In this document: piece by piece, positions 1-13,669 of the stretch
How positions within the stretch are numbered: position 1 is the stretch's first letter
How the letters are laid out: each line of letters starts with the position of its first letter
Origin: Nemertoderma westbladi
Lineage: Eukaryota; Animalia; Xenacoelomorpha
Direction: 5' to 3'
Length of the DNA: 64,000 bases
Assembly: GCA_032718475.1 (NCBI GenBank)
Contig: JAUCBJ010006247.1
Coordinates: 23,945-87,944, forward strand
Notes under the pieces: model-generated
Databases searched by the model: none
Told to the model about the DNA's origin: nothing
The model's input: the letters and a program-made list of their open reading frames with translations, nothing else
Position numbers and translations under genes: made by a program

Positions 1-554
1 TGACTCCAAGGCTGTTAAAATTTTGGAATGATCTGCCATTTGACCAGCCGTGGTTTGCAAAGTTAATTTAATCATATTTAGATCCCTTTCTGTTGTTGTT
101 TTAAAGGTTTCAAACTCAGACTGTCGATGAAGCATCTTCTCTTCAGCTTCCATAAGTTCCTTCGTAAGATGATCAACCAACAATCTCAGTTGGTTTATCT
201 CACCACTCATTAACTCCCGTAACTTACCCTCCACTACTAATTGCTCTTCGCTCCCCTTAAGATATCGAGTTAGTTTAGTTACCATTGATAACAAACTGGC
301 CGTGCAGTTAGATAGATTAGTGTTGGGTTTATCGGAACTAGTCTGTATGACGCCGTCCTGGCTAGGTGTGTCCGTTCTCCTTCTAGTCACCTGTTCATAC
401 GCCGTCACCTCACTCTCCAGTTCACGTATAGCTCTCTTAAAGTCTTCCATTGTCTGCAGAGAGGCCGATTGACCTGGTCTGGCAACTGAAGCTGGTCGGC
501 TCTCATTAATTTCGTGCGGTTGGTTGCTATGGTCCCCAGACACGTGGGTAACAT
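1..554 (-). CDS. SPICE1: SPICE1 (spindle and centriole-associated protein 1/CCDC52) homolog, coding exon 3, runs off the window
   Basis: Acceptor ...ttttacag at 555-557 (minus). Manual translation gives TMEDFKRAIRELESEVTAYEQVTRR...LLSMVTKLTRYLKGSEEQL...LLVDHLTKEL, which resembles the recalled human SPICE1 segment [21 protein letters not shown]...[20 protein letters not shown]...LIDALTAEI. Phase 1 matches the preceding exon. Confidence 0.85.
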
Positions 555-1226
555 CTGTAAAAGTTACAACAATTAGTTGGCTTGGATTAATTAAATACAA
601 TATAATATAACCACTTGTAGTACAATGATAGTTGGCGCAAGGATGTCTTGTGGGTTTCGTATGATACTTTAATCCTAAACTTAACCCTAAATCATATTAC
701 CGAATACTACAAATCAAACCGAATAATTAAGTAGGTGAAGGATTACGTCACGTTGAATTTTCTAAAAACTACAAAACAAAGTGTTTTTTTTCATACGTAT
801 GGTGTATTATTTTTTTAGACCCTTTCTGGAATGTAATGATAATGACTGAATGTTCTTTCATATTCATACCATGTAGAAATGCGCCCAAACCAAAGGATAT
901 TGTAAAAAAACTACAAAACAAAATAAAAACAAGTTTAAATAAATAAATTCCAAACCCTAGCTATTTCCATCACCGGAACTGACGAATTTGATGATATAGT
1001 TAATGATTAGAGTTCATTATTTGAGATAATTATTGGTAAGCATAAGCAAAGCATCACTGTGAAGTCACAAATACAAGACACACTCCGTACGTTATGAAAG
1101 CCCCTAGATAAAAACGTATGTGACTAAATGGATATTTCAATTAAATAATAACTCCAGACTTTCATCGCATTTGTTCAATAAATCATAGTGATATTCCCCC
1201 TCACCTCACCCAGGTAGGTTACCAAC

Positions 1227-1578
1227 CTTGAGTACCGCAGTTCCTTACAGTTGAACCGGAATTCCCTTTAAACCTTCCCAACACTCGCAACGATCCCGTT
1301 GGCAAGGCTTCCAGCAAGTGATCCAAAACCTCGTTGGAATTAAGAACATTATTATCCGGGATGGAGGCTTCTTCTGTGACGAACTGTTTGAACCTATTAA
1401 TATCCAGTCTATCCTCGAACTCCACACAGCCTTCCTGCTCACCCGGCTCTTCCTCTACCTCTGGTGATCTGGACTGGCCGCGGTTTCTGGACTCGCCGGT
1501 TGGCTGATTGTTTGAAGTCGGTGCTTTGGTTACATGCGGCGAACCTTCGTAAAAAGCACCGTAATTTCCGAATATAGC
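1227..1578 (-). CDS. SPICE1: SPICE1 homolog, coding exon 2
   Basis: Acceptor ttag at 1579-1582. Translates AIFGNYGAFYEGSPHVTKAPTS...DINRFKQFVTEE (cf. SPICE1 ELF...TGFPNVTVAP and TDRFLQQLTEE). Donor CAAG|GTTGGT gives 352 nt, phase 1. The donor was chosen by phase compatibility. Confidence 0.75.
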
Positions 1579-1861
1579 CTAAATTTCAATAACAACATCA
1601 ATTGGAAGCTCTAACGAGCTAACAAGGAATTGACTTAGAACTACCTTATTTCCTTAAATTATTATCATTTTTTATTTACCGCTGAAATTTAAATTAAGAT
1701 CGCAACGGATTTTAGAGAATTTAAACTCACCAATAATTAGGCTAATTAAAGTTGATTTAAATATAACAAATCTATTCCTGCAGTTTGTTAATAATAATAA
1801 TAATAAATATCATAGTGACATTGAAAGATATTTTCAATCAGGCGCCCGTTTGTTGGGTTAT

Positions 1862-4755
1862 ATTGAAAAATATCGAGACATGAAAAATATCGAGACATGA
1901 AAAATATCGAGAGTAAAAATATTGAGAGTAAAAATATCGAGCGTAAAAATATTGAGAGTAAAAATAACGAGTGTTGAAAAATATCGAGTGTTGAAAAATA
2001 TTGAGTGTTGAAAAATATCGAGAGTAAACATATCGAGAGTAAAAATATCGAGAGTAAAAATAACGAGTGTTGAAAAATATCGAGAGTAAAAATATCGAGT
2101 GCTGAAAAATATCGAGAGTAAAAATATCGAGAGTAAAAATATCGAGAGTAAAAATAACGAGTGTTGAAAAATATCGAGATAAAAATATCGAGTGTTGAAA
2201 AATATCGAGTGTTGAAAAAAAACGATAATATCGAGAGGTCAAAAAATATCGAGAGTAAAAATATCGAGTGCTGAAAAATATCGAGAGTAAAAATATTGAG
2301 AGTAAAAATATCGAGCGTAAAAATATTGAGAGTAAAAATAACAAGTGTTGAAAAATATCGAGTGTTGAAAAATATTGAGTGTTGAAAAATATCGAGAGTA
2401 AACATATCGAGAGTAAAAATATCGAGAGTAAAAATAACGAGTGTTGAAAAATATCGAGAGTAAAAATATCGAGTGCTGAAAAATATCGAGAGTAAAAATA
2501 TCGAGAGTAAAAATATCGAGAGTAAAAATAACGAGTGTTGAAAAATATCGAGATAAAAATATCGAGTGTTGAAAAATATCGAGTGTTGAAAAATATCGAG
2601 AGTAAAAATATCGATAGTAAAAATATCGAGAGTAAAAATATTGAGAGTACAAATATCGAGAGTAAAAATATTGAGAGTAAAAATAACGAGTGTTGAAAAA
2701 TATCGAGAGAAAAATATCGAGAGTAAAAATATCGAGAGTAAAAATATCGAGAGTAAAAATAACGAGTGTTGAAAAATATCGAGAGAAAAATATCGAGTGT
2801 TGAAAAATATCGAGTGTTGAAAAATATCGAGTGTTGAAAAATATCGAGAGTAAAAATATTGAGAGTAAAAATATCGAGAGTAAAAATAACGAGTGTTGAA
2901 AAATATCGAGAGAAAAATATCGAGTGTTGAAAAATATCGAGTGCTGAAAAATATCGAGAGTAAAAAAATCGCGTCTTGAAAAATATCGAGAGTAAAAATT
3001 TCGAGAGTAAAAATATCGAGAGTAAAAATAACGAGTGTTGAAAAATATCGAGATAAAAATATCGAGTGTTGAAAAATATCGAGTGTTGAAAAATATCGAG
3101 AGTAAAAATATCGAGAGTAAAAATATCGAGAGTAAAAATATTGAGAGTACAAATATCGAGAGTAAAAATATTGAGAGTAAAAATAACGAGTGTTGAAAAA
3201 TATCGAGAGAAAAATATCGAGAGTAAAAATATCGAGAGTAAAAATATCGAGAGTAAAAATAACGAGTGTTGAAAAATATCGAGAGAAAAATATCGAGTGT
3301 TGAAAAATATCGAGTGTTGAAAAATATCGAGTGTTGAAAAATATCGAGAGTAAAAATATTGAGAGTAAAAATATCGAGAGTAAAAATAACGAGTGTTGAA
3401 AAATATCGAGAGAAAAATATCGAGTGTTGAAAAATATCGAGTGCTGAAAAATATCGAGAGTAAAAAAATCGCGTCTTAAAAAATATCGAGAGTAAAAATA
3501 TCGAATGTTGAAAAATATCGAGAGTAAAAATATCGAGTCTTGAAAAATATCGAGAGTAAAAATATCGAGTCTTGAAAAATATCGAGAGTAAAAATATCGA
3601 GAGTAAAAATATCGAGAGTAAAAATAACGAGTGCTGAAAAATATCGAGAGAAAAATATCGAGTGTTGAAAAATATCGAGAGTAAAAATATTGAGTGTTGA
3701 AAAATATCGAGTGTTGAAAAATATCGAGAGTAAAAATATCGAGAGTACAAATAACGAGTGTTGAAAAATATCGAGAGAAAAATATCGAGTGTTGAAAAAT
3801 ATCGAGTGCTGAAAAATATCGAGAGTAAAAACATCGAGTCTTGAAAAATATCGAGAGTAAAAATATCGAGTGTTGTAAAATATCGAGAGTAAAAATATCG
3901 AGTGTTGAAAAATATCGAGTACTGAAAAATATCGAGAGTAAAAATATTGAGTGTTGAAAAATATCGAGAGAAATATCGAGTGTTGAAAAATATCGAGAGT
4001 AAAAATATCGAGAGTAAAAATATCGAGAGTAAAAATATCGAGAGTAAAAATAACGAGTGTTGAAAAATATCGAGTGCTGAAAAATATCGAGAGTAAAAAA
4101 ATCGAGTCTTGAAAAATATCGAGAGTAAAAATATCGAGTGTTGAAAAATATCGAGAGTAAAAATATCGAGTCTTGAAAAATATCGAGAGTAAAAATATCG
4201 AGAGTAAAAATAACGAGTGTTGAAAAATATCGAGAGAAAAATATCGAGTGTTGAAAAATATCGAGTGCTGAAAAATATCGAGAGTAAAAATGTTGAGTGT
4301 TGAAAAATATCGAGAGTAAAAATATTGAGTGTTGAAAAATATCGAGAGAAAAATATCGAGTGTTGAAAAATATCGAGTGTTGAAAAATATCGAGAGTAAA
4401 AATATCGAGAGTAAAAATATCGAGAGTAAAAATATCGAGAGTAAAAATATCGAGAGTAAAAATATCGAGAGTAAAAATAACGAGTGTTGAAAAATATCGA
4501 GAGTAAAAATATCGAGAGTATAAATATCGAGAGTAAAAATATCGAGTGCTGAAAAATATCGAGAGTAAAAATATCGAGAGTAAAAATATCGAGAGTAAAA
4601 ATATCGAGAGTAAAAATATCGAGAGTAAAAATATCGAGATTAAAAATATCGAGAGTAAAAATAACGAGTGTTGAAAAATATCGAGAGAAAAATATCGAAT
4701 GTTGAAAAATATCGAGTGCTGAAAAATATCGAGAGTAAAAATATCGAGTCTTGAA
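1862..4755 (+). repeat. 15/17-bp minisatellite (left Foldback arm)
   Basis: Tandem mixture of AAAAATATCGAGAGT and GAAAAATATCGAGTGTT units. Confidence 0.95.
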
Positions 4756-4802
4756 CTAGCTAGTATAATAAATCTGGTAAATGGGTACCCAAGGCGTATT
4801 AA

Positions 4803-6369
4803 CCCTATTAAACCCGGGGGGGGGTCAATATGACCCCCCCCCCGTGGTTTTTTTATTATAATTCTGAAACAAACGCAGTTGGAAATCTGAAATTTTATGA
4901 CTTTTCCTAAAAATCTATTGTCTTCCTAGTAGTGAAAACCGTTTTCAAAAATATTGGGTACTTTTCGAGTTATAGCACCATTTTTTAACCCTACTTTTGG
5001 CACTTTTTTTTGAGACGTTTTTTGAAAATTACATTTCATTAAATATGAATTGTAACATCTCTAATTTTGATTTACACCGGTTTTTTGGTGTTAGAAATTT
5101 GATGGAATTCATATCAATTGATTTAGAAATTTCAAACTTGTATTTTTCGGCGGGTACCAAATTTTGGTGCCAGCACCAAATTTTGAAATAAGTCAATTTT
5201 GTAAATTGAACGTTTGAAACTTATTTTTTACGCAATTGGGGTTTTTTGGGTTTCTGGATTCGATGAAATATATACGAGTTGCACCAAGCGTATCAAACTT
5301 GCATTTTTCGGTGCTGTGTGCAAATTTTGGTGCTAGCACGAAATTTTGAAAATCCATTCAATAGATAAAATTGCTTGTGACAATTTATTTCTTGCGTTTT
5401 AGAGGTTTATGGCTGTTCTGAATTCAATGGAAAATATAATTATCGAACTAGACATCTCAAACTTGTATTTTTCGGATGTGGGTGCAAAATGTGGTGCTAG
5501 CACCAAATTTTGAAAACCATCAAATATATCAATTGATTGTGTCACCTTGTTTCTTGCGTTATACGGGTTTGTGATGGTTCTGAATTCAATGGAATCAGTA
5601 AAAATTTCATAAGAGTTCTCAAACTTGTATTTTTCGCCGGTGGGTGAAAATAGTTGTGCCAGCACCAAATTTTGGAAAATATGCAAATTGATAAGTAGAT
5701 AGTATCACCTTGTTTCTTGCGTTATACGGGTTTATGAGGGTCCTGAATCCGATGGAATCAATAAAAACAGCACTGGACATCGCAAACTTGTACTTTTTGG
5801 TGATGGGTACGAAATTTGGTGCTAGCAAAATTTGCAAAATTACGCCGAAAAATACAAGTAGCAATGATCTGGCATATTAGAAATGTATTCCATTAGAATC
5901 GGCGCCCTCGAAAACCTGAAAATGTGAATTTATAGCATCGTATAAGTGAATTAAAAATTTTGTGTTCTAACTGAAAAGTGCTGGTTACTTGTTTTTTTCA
6001 TTTTTTTCCTACGCAGAGAGGACCCTACAGCCATTTATAGTAATCATATCATTTTTTAATATTTTCCAATGTATTTTGCACCCCAGAAAACCTGTATTGA
6101 AAAATAATTAGCCGAAAATGTAACTTTCAAATTTGGTGAAAATTGTGCACTACTTGTAATTTTGGTGCTGCAATATAACCACCCCAGTACATTTTTTCGA
6201 AATTTTTTTTTTTCGGTCGGATCCAGACAAGTGATACCTACGTACAAACAAAAAATCAGACGTTTTCGTAAATATTTGTAGATTTTAGAGGGGGGGGGGG
6301 GGGGGGGGGGGGTCAATATGACCCCCTCCCGGTATTTGTACAACATTTTATAGCCCGGTACTAATAGGG
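4803..6369. mobile_element. piggyBac-type non-autonomous element nested in the Foldback spacer
   Basis: TTAA|CCCTATTA..CCGGG ... CCCGG..TAATAGGG|TTAA termini. Internal degenerate ~180-bp tandem modules (5100-5850). No transposase ORF. Confidence 0.8.
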
Positions 6370-6464
6370 TTAATGCCATTTATTTGCACTTGTACTGTTG
6401 TAACCCATGCACTGCAATATAGTCCCATAATTCTAAATAAAATGCTCACCCAAAATGTAATATT

Positions 6465-7248
6465 TTTTTTTACTCTCGATATTTTTCAGCACTCGATATT
6501 TTTACTCCCGATATTTTTACTCTCGATATTTTTCAACACTCGTTATTTTCACTCTCGATATTTTACAACACTCGTTATTTTTACTCTCGATATTTTTCAA
6601 CACTCGATATTTTTCAACACTCGATATTTTTCAACACTCGATATTTTTCAACACTCGATATTTTTCAACACTCGATATTTTTCAACACTCGATATTTTTC
6701 AACACTCGTTATTTTTACTCTCGATATTTTTCAACACTCGATATTTTTACTCTCGATATTTTTACTCTCGATATTTTTCAGCACTCGATATTTTTACTCT
6801 CGATATTTTTCAACACTCGATACTTTTACTCTCGATATTTTTACTCTCGATAATTTTCAACACTCGATATTTTTCAACACTCTTTATTTTTACTCTCGAT
6901 ATTTTTACTCTCGATATTTTTACTCTCGATATTTTTACTCTCGATATTTTTCAACACTCGATATTTTTTAACACTCATTATTTTTACTCTCGATATTTTT
7001 CAACACTCGATATTTTTACTCTCGATATTTTTCAACACTCGATATTTTTCACCAATTTTTACTCTCGATATTTTTACTCTCGATATTTTTACTCTCGATA
7101 TTTTTCAACACTCGATATTTTTACTCTCGATATTGTTACTCTCGATATTTATTAATCACGTTAATTTTCAACACTCGTTATTTTTACTCTCGATATTTTT
7201 ACTCTCGTTATTTTTACTCTCGATATTTTTCAAGTCTCGATATTTTCA
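6465..7248 (-). repeat. 15/17-bp minisatellite (right Foldback arm, inverted)
   Basis: ACTCTCGATATTTTT / AACACTCGATATTTTTC units, the reverse complement of 1862-4755. Confidence 0.95.
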
Positions 7249-7552
7249 CCATTACCGTTTGTTGCTAATTCTCACAAAGGAAGCAATTTTACTGATTTGT
7301 AAGTACCAAAGAGACAGGGAGGTGGTAAAAGTACTAAGGTACCGGTAGTCAAATGCTGTGATTGTCGACTTCCGTTTATGGTCAATTTTTTGCTCAAAAG
7401 AATCTGACGCCTATCTTTTACTGAAACCGATGTAACTATTTCATCACACCGTCAGACCGTTGCCTCAAGTAGTATGAAGTATGAGTTGTACCAGATGCCA
7501 GCAAATAACGTTAAAGATGGCGATGGGAAAAGCAGTAAATGAGTAAACTTAC

Positions 7553-7918
7553 TTGAGAGGTTGCCAATGCATTATCGGTCTGTTTAATAGCATCATCGAA
7601 TAAAAAGTTCTCACTAAAAACTTGTTTCAATAAATTCGACTTTTCCTGTTCGAGTTGAGTCAACGATTGTCGGTCTTTCCTTCCGGTGCGGGTACGGAAC
7701 TTCTTCTCGAGCAATTCCGATCGAGCTTTATCGAGATTGGATGAACGCGTGGATGTGTGTCGGCGTTCCAACTCCCTCGGGGTCGCCTGGTAGGATTCCA
7801 CGTTGCTAGATGAGTCATCCCACGGGGGTTTATCGCCTCTAACTGATCGCCTATTTGTTGACTTCTTGTTTAGAACGTGGACTGCTTGAGGTAGTAGATT
7901 CGATTTTGGTAGCGGCAT
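7553..7918 (-). CDS. SPICE1: SPICE1 homolog, first coding exon
   Basis: ATG at 7918. KPPWDDSSSNVESYQATPRELERRHTSTRSSNLDKARSELLEKK resembles the SPICE1 N-terminus [32 protein letters not shown]. Donor GTAAGT at 7552-7547; 366 nt, phase 0. Confidence 0.85.
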
Positions 7919-7999
7919 ACTGCTGTACTGCACTACTGCTGTACCGGTTCTTCAATCTGACAGTGCAGTAGACCTTCAAAGCCAAAAATCAGTGACCAG

Positions 8000-10431
8000 G
8001 GGCGGTATTCATAATGTGACTAACTATGAACTTAGTCCTAGTCACAGCAAGTTAGTAAGTGCTTGTACTACTAATTCGGTATTCAGAGAAGTTGGTGCTA
8101 CTTATTACTAACGTATTTCAGTATTTAGTACTAGTTCAGTTGTTGCTAAACTCGTATTCATAGAATTTAGTCTTACTTAAGTTAGTATTATTAGCTGTAA
8201 CTTAAATTTCTAGTCACATAAAGATGTGACTAAGTTGGTAAGAACGCTTACTTATTCTATGTTGGCCTTCATACATACAGTATGGTTATTCTGTTAATGA
8301 CGACTCCGGCCACATTATACTCTCTCTTGTTTTTCTAGCATTTTGTGTTCATTGCAAATGTGTTGTTGCAGAGAAACTGTCAAATGTAACGACATAAAGC
8401 TTGTTGTTTTTTAAACATATATCCGACTAGATTTTCCAAATTTCAGCTTACATTCTTGAATGGTGAGATTGATCCCGAACGGTCCGCGTCCGTTGAAAAA
8501 TGTGTTTCGCTAAAGAATTCTACCATTCGCGAACTTTCGCAAGATGAAAAAGCTGTTGCGTTCCTACTTCATTATTTTCCTCTCTATTACCGAACAGCCG
8601 AATGTTAATAATTGTATTCGATAATGGTAGCGAATTGAATTATCGACTTACTAAAAATAATAATTTTTCACTAAAATTTTAACAGGAAATCACTAAAATA
8701 TATGTGCCACATTATCCTAACCTAAATAATGAAGGGATTATATTTTACAACAGGCCATAACAGATTTTATTCTTAAATTGTTACCTTTTCGCTCGAATAT
8801 ACCCCCAAATCGGGAGAAACTTTTTTTCCTTAGGGAAAAAAAGTAACCCATAGGATTGCATTGATTTTACTTTTTTTCACGGCGAAAAAAGTAAATTAAA
8901 ATATTTTTGGTGGAATATATTAAAGACGTAATCGATGATATTCGACGTAGAAAAGGTTTGCAAGTAATTTGAGCAAAATCCATTCACACACTCGAAAGTA
9001 ATTGCAACTTTAGTGTCTGCAAGGCGAACTCCAAAACGGAACTCAATATCCAATATTGGTTTATGTTGTTAAGCGGCTCTCTAGTTACGTAATAAATATC
9101 CGAGAACACTAAATTATTGTAACATTGAGTAAGGCAACATCAGGAGTTGAAGAGTACAATAATATGAATCGTAGGAACTATGGAAGCAATATAGTAAAAT
9201 ACTACAGTTCAATTTATTTTGTAACACTACTGTGTAGTATATCGCTATGTTTTATTAAAGAATTGAGCAACAAAAAAGAACAAATTTAAGAATAAAATTA
9301 CGTATTACATGAGAAAAGAAACGTAGAGCATTTTTTTTTCAATATTATTAATAATTAATAATAATGGCCCGTATGCATAAAACAGTCCTAAATTTACGTC
9401 CGTCGATTCATCTAAATAAATCGTAAGTTGGATTACGACTATCGTAGCCACGATTCTCGTACATTGGTTTGCATAAAACTGTTTACGATTAATCGCGCTT
9501 CCGATTACCGTAATTTAGTTCCGATGCTATTTTTACGATACTATTTTAGAGTGTTGCTGGGCAACTCTGTAAACAATACTGCGAAAATCTTAGATTCCTA
9601 TCATCTTCCTTATTATTACAATATAATTCACTACTGTTGTATTGTTTTATAGGTAGCCTTAGCAACAGTATCCTATACTACCTTTTAGCCAATAAAAATT
9701 GAGTTGAATGTAAACTGGGGCAGATCGTAACTTTAATACTCTATAGAGAGCACCCTTAAATTTACGATTGAAATGAATCGTAAGTTTACAATCAAAGAGG
9801 ATGACAATTTTTATGCATATCGATTTTGTTTACGATGGTCGTACAGTATATGCTGACATACGACAATCGGAGGATTACGACGGTCGTGTTTGTTTTATGC
9901 ATACGGGCCAATGTATAATAAATAATAACAACTAATAATGAAGAAAAGTTCTACTTTTTTCCCATGTAATATATAATTATATTTTTGATGATTCAAAAAT
10001 ATATTTTAGTTTATATAATTCAATTGAGTGGAGGAAATATATATTTGATAACGAAAAAAGTTTACTGGAAAACAGGAATTGTTTTAGTGACCAATAAAAT
10101 TAATGGGTTTAATGTAGGCTACCAATACAAGTAAAACAGTAAACATAGAGACATGCAGGGCATAGCTACCGTCCTTAAGTTAAAACTGGAAGCTTTTTGA
10201 TAAACATAAGTTAAAGTACCGGCACTGGTACTAATAGGCTAGAACTGAGTTTAGTAACAGTTTATGAATACTGAAATTTTTTAAGGGCTAGTTGAAACTA
10301 AGTTAAGTCAATGCGCTTACTAAAATCAGTTGTTTTTAGTAACAGATAGCTCTCACTAAACATAGTTGCAGCTCTTACTAAAAGCTGTCACTGAGTAGCT
10401 GTAACTAATACTATCTCTATGAATACCGCCC
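8000..10431. mobile_element. PIF/Harbinger-type MITE
   Basis: TIR GGGCGGTATTCATA / TATGAATACCGCCC, 3-bp TSD CAG. Confidence 0.8.
9366..9909. mobile_element. Second Harbinger-type MITE nested in the first
   Basis: TIR GGCCCGTATGCATAAAAC / GTTTTATGCATACGGGCC, TSD AAT. Confidence 0.8.
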
Positions 10432-10434
10432 CAG

Positions 10435-11022
10435 GAAAACACCCATAGCAAAAATTTTAGCATGGTTTTGTGCTTTCGTATTGCTAGATATATATTGACA
10501 GATATTCTCACATGTTAATAGATAGTTTTTGCGCGGAAGGTTCAAACTTCAAAGGCAATTATCTCGGATTGGTATTTTTTAATTTTCAAAATACATCTTC
10601 TCCGCCATTTTTCAACCAATTTGTAAGTTTTTGGTATCAATTGGAAGCTACTGTAGTAGTACTAGTAATAAAAATAAAATATAATAGCAATAATAAAATA
10701 CGAGCAGTTTTTTTTAGTTTTGCAACTGTTCATCTGTTATATCATTTTTTAAAAAACAATCCTTTTTAACGCTATTTTCCTTGAAAAGTATGAAACAAAA
10801 ATTATGTTCGAATTTTTTCACGTAATCGGCCATGCTGATTACAAAAATACAGCTTACAACTTCTGAAAATAAAGCATAAGAATAAGCATTTTAAATGAAC
10901 AATAATGTAAATTGTATCAAAATGTATCTTACACTTTTTTTCTACTTATTCGCTTTTTGGTGCAGTATGCAATTCAAAATGTTGACTTCCAAGCCCCCTG
11001 TACCCCCCCCCCCCCCCCCCCC
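10435..11022. mobile_element. Truncated Kolobok-like element (right end), interrupted by the Harbinger MITE
   Basis: Ends in poly-C+TTAA. The motif AAATCAGTGACCAG|GAAAACACCC split by the Harbinger matches the family motif at 11843-11870 and 55622-55650. Confidence 0.5.
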
Positions 11023-11026
11023 TTAA

Positions 11027-12473
11027 GGGGGGGAGTATGTAATTGACCATAAATATTTGAAATGTGAAGTCTATATCAATTAAAAGTTTAATTATCAACA
11101 AATTTTAACAGGATGAGTAGAAAGGGTCATAATTTTCAAAAAAAAAAATTTTTTTAATTTCAAAATTTTTCATGAAAATTTCATGAAAATTACAAAAAGT
11201 AAATAAAGTGCTAAAACATTTTAAACAAATACCAGAATTTGTAAAAATTTCACATAGACAGTCAGTGTAATGCTCTAAACAAGTTGTACAGACATAATTT
11301 TGGTATCTGTTCGGGAAGTTCAAAAAGCACCAAAATGCACAATTTTAGCAACAAAAAAATTGAAAATGTGCAGAAATAGGTAATAATTTGGCGAAATATT
11401 TGAAAATAACGAGTTTTAATTTAGGTTTCAAAATTCTGTTTGTACCAATTGTTAAGTATATGATATGGATTGATTGTGCAAAAAATCAGATCAGTGGCCT
11501 CATTTCTTATGAAGTTATAGCGTTTTCCATTTGAAAATTATTGTTTTGAGAAAAATGGGTTTAAAGTTTATAAACATATTTCTAACACTAACGCATTTTT
11601 CTCTTGTCAGTCAAAATATTTAAAAGCTCACCAACTAGATAAGATTTTCGCAAGGGAGGTTTTCAAAGTCACTGATTTCATTTCTGAGGTCACTTTAAAT
11701 GTATGACTGAGCCTAATCTGTCCGTATGTCAGTCTGTCTGTCTGTCGGTCGTGTTGTCTGTCCAAGGGTTTGTCTGTTAATATATAAGGACATACAATAA
11801 TAATAATACAAAGCTTCCCAAAGTAGCTAAAATATTTCCTACGGGGGTTTTCCTGGTCGCTGATTTCATTTCCGATGCCTATTTTCACTTTTAATGAAAT
11901 GTATTCTGTCTGCACGTTTGTCTGTCGGTCTGTCTGTCTGTCTTGACAGACAGGTTGTCGGAACGACAAACAGACATAATAGAATTTGATAAAAGTGAAA
12001 ACTGACATCAAAAATGAAATCAGCATCACGGAAAACCCCATAGCAAAATATTTGGCTAGGTGGTATGCTGTCCTTATATTTTGACAGACAGCTTGTCGGA
12101 CAAGACAGACAGACAGACATACAGAGAAGACAGACAGACAGAAAAACAGACAGACAGATACTGTAGACAGACATAATAGTTTTCGATAAACGATAAACAT
12201 TTAGCTAGGTGGTATGCTTTCTTTATATTTTGACAGACATACCATCAGATATACAAGGACCGACATACCGGTATACAAGGCACAAGGACCGACAGTCTAC
12301 AGTACACATCTAAACAGAGTAAGGTTAACATTATCAATGATAACTTTTGAACAACATTAGCTTATAAAAAACGGTTAAAAGTTTTGAAATCCTCATAAAA
12401 ATCTGCTCTAGGGAGGATTGGAAATGAAAAATCGGTTTTTTTTCGGAATTACATACCCCCCCCCCCCCCCCCC
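11027..12473. mobile_element. Kolobok-type non-autonomous element with (GACA)n tracts
   Basis: TTAA|GGGGGGGAGTATGTAATT ... AATTACATAC(C)n|TTAA. Internal segments are shared with 55008-55885. Confidence 0.7.
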
Positions 12474-12599
12474 TTAATGACACTGGACTTAAATCACTGA
12501 CGTTAGACTCGCTGTAGTCCTTATACTTAATTGAATTAATATTTTTCCAGATGCCAGAGGTGCCTGAAAGGAGAGAAATACAGTAAGTATCGCCTCAAT

Positions 12600-13140
12600 C
12601 AGCCACAGTATCAAGGAAACGATGGAAGGTTTTCACTTTGAGACTTTTCGCTCTATCGGGAGGCTAGAGAACTGCAGATGAATCACCTGCCTCAAAAAGA
12701 CGCTACATGTAGTGTGATAGGCCTACATATATTTTATGATTCAGCTTAAACATTAAGATCAAGGAAATGGAAGAGGTTATCACTTCCATAAATTTCGCCC
12801 TCTGGTGACAGACTTGAGTAGTGCAGACCGATTACCGACCCCACAAAGGCACAGGATGTGTTCTAGCATATATCTGACAAGTTTCAGCTTGAACGGATCA
12901 TAAATAACGGAAATGGATAACGATTTCATTTTCAGACATTTCGCCCCTTGCGGCAGACTAGAGAACTACGGACGAGTTAGCCCCCTTTCAATGACACAGC
13001 TAATGGTCTAGTACAAATTTCATATTAAACGGATTAAAAGCAAAGCCAACGAAATGGGATGACATTTAATGTTAATACACATGTCTGCATGTATTCCTCT
13101 AGCGGGAGACTGTTGAACTGATGGTGTCTGAGAATTAGCT
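12600..13140 (+). repeat. About four degenerate ~148-bp tandem modules, related to the interior of the element at 60790-61287
   Basis: Recurrent GCCCTCTAGCGGCAGACTGGAGAACTGCAGATG-like and AAGTTTCAGCTTAAACGGAT-like motifs at ~12650, 12797, 12942 and 13096, and again at 60890-61060. Confidence 0.6.
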
Positions 13141-13669
13141 CTTAATTGGCAAATTATAAATTATAGTTTGTACATAGGCGAGTCGCTGATCGCAACTACT
13201 TGAGTTTATGACTTTCCATTAGATCATTAGAAGTACTTTGTACAGTATATGATTAATAGGCCTACATTAATACAGTATATTGTATGATAAGTTAACAATC
13301 AGATTCATCTCTCATTCTCAGTATATAATAATAATAACTATAAACTTTCAAGGCGTACTATAAATAAAGACGATGATGTGCTATGTAACTGGTTGCGTGG
13401 TCACCGACACTGAGGGCCAGTATAGCTACAGTAGCTATCATGTATACAGTAGAATATAATATAGTATCGATACAACGCGGCCAATGCACAGTACACTTGG
13501 GATAGCTAAGATAGCTTCTCCTCTAGCGTGTGCCGTGTGCTAAGGAAGTTATATAAATGAGTTCTAAGTTCACCTAAGATCGAAATTCGCTTTGCTTTCA
13601 ACGTGGGTTCGCTTCGGGCTTCGCGACTAGCATGATGATTACCAAAGGGCAAAGGCTTTTAATACCATA

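Larger units (their letters stand above)
1856..7256. mobile_element. 5.4-kb Foldback-like non-autonomous DNA transposon in SPICE1 intron 1, with arms made of 15/17-bp subrepeats
   Basis: Arms 1862-4755 (AAAAATATCGAGAGT / GAAAAATATCGAGTGTT) and 6465-7248 (reverse complement). Termini GGTT...TACC. Direct repeat (cc)GTTTGTTG at 1848-1855 and 7257-7264 is an 8-10 bp TSD. Confidence 0.8.

Noticed and set aside
1788-7348. Long F/S/I/L-rich ORFs
   Set aside because: Translations of the 15/17-bp Foldback arms inside a SPICE1 intron.
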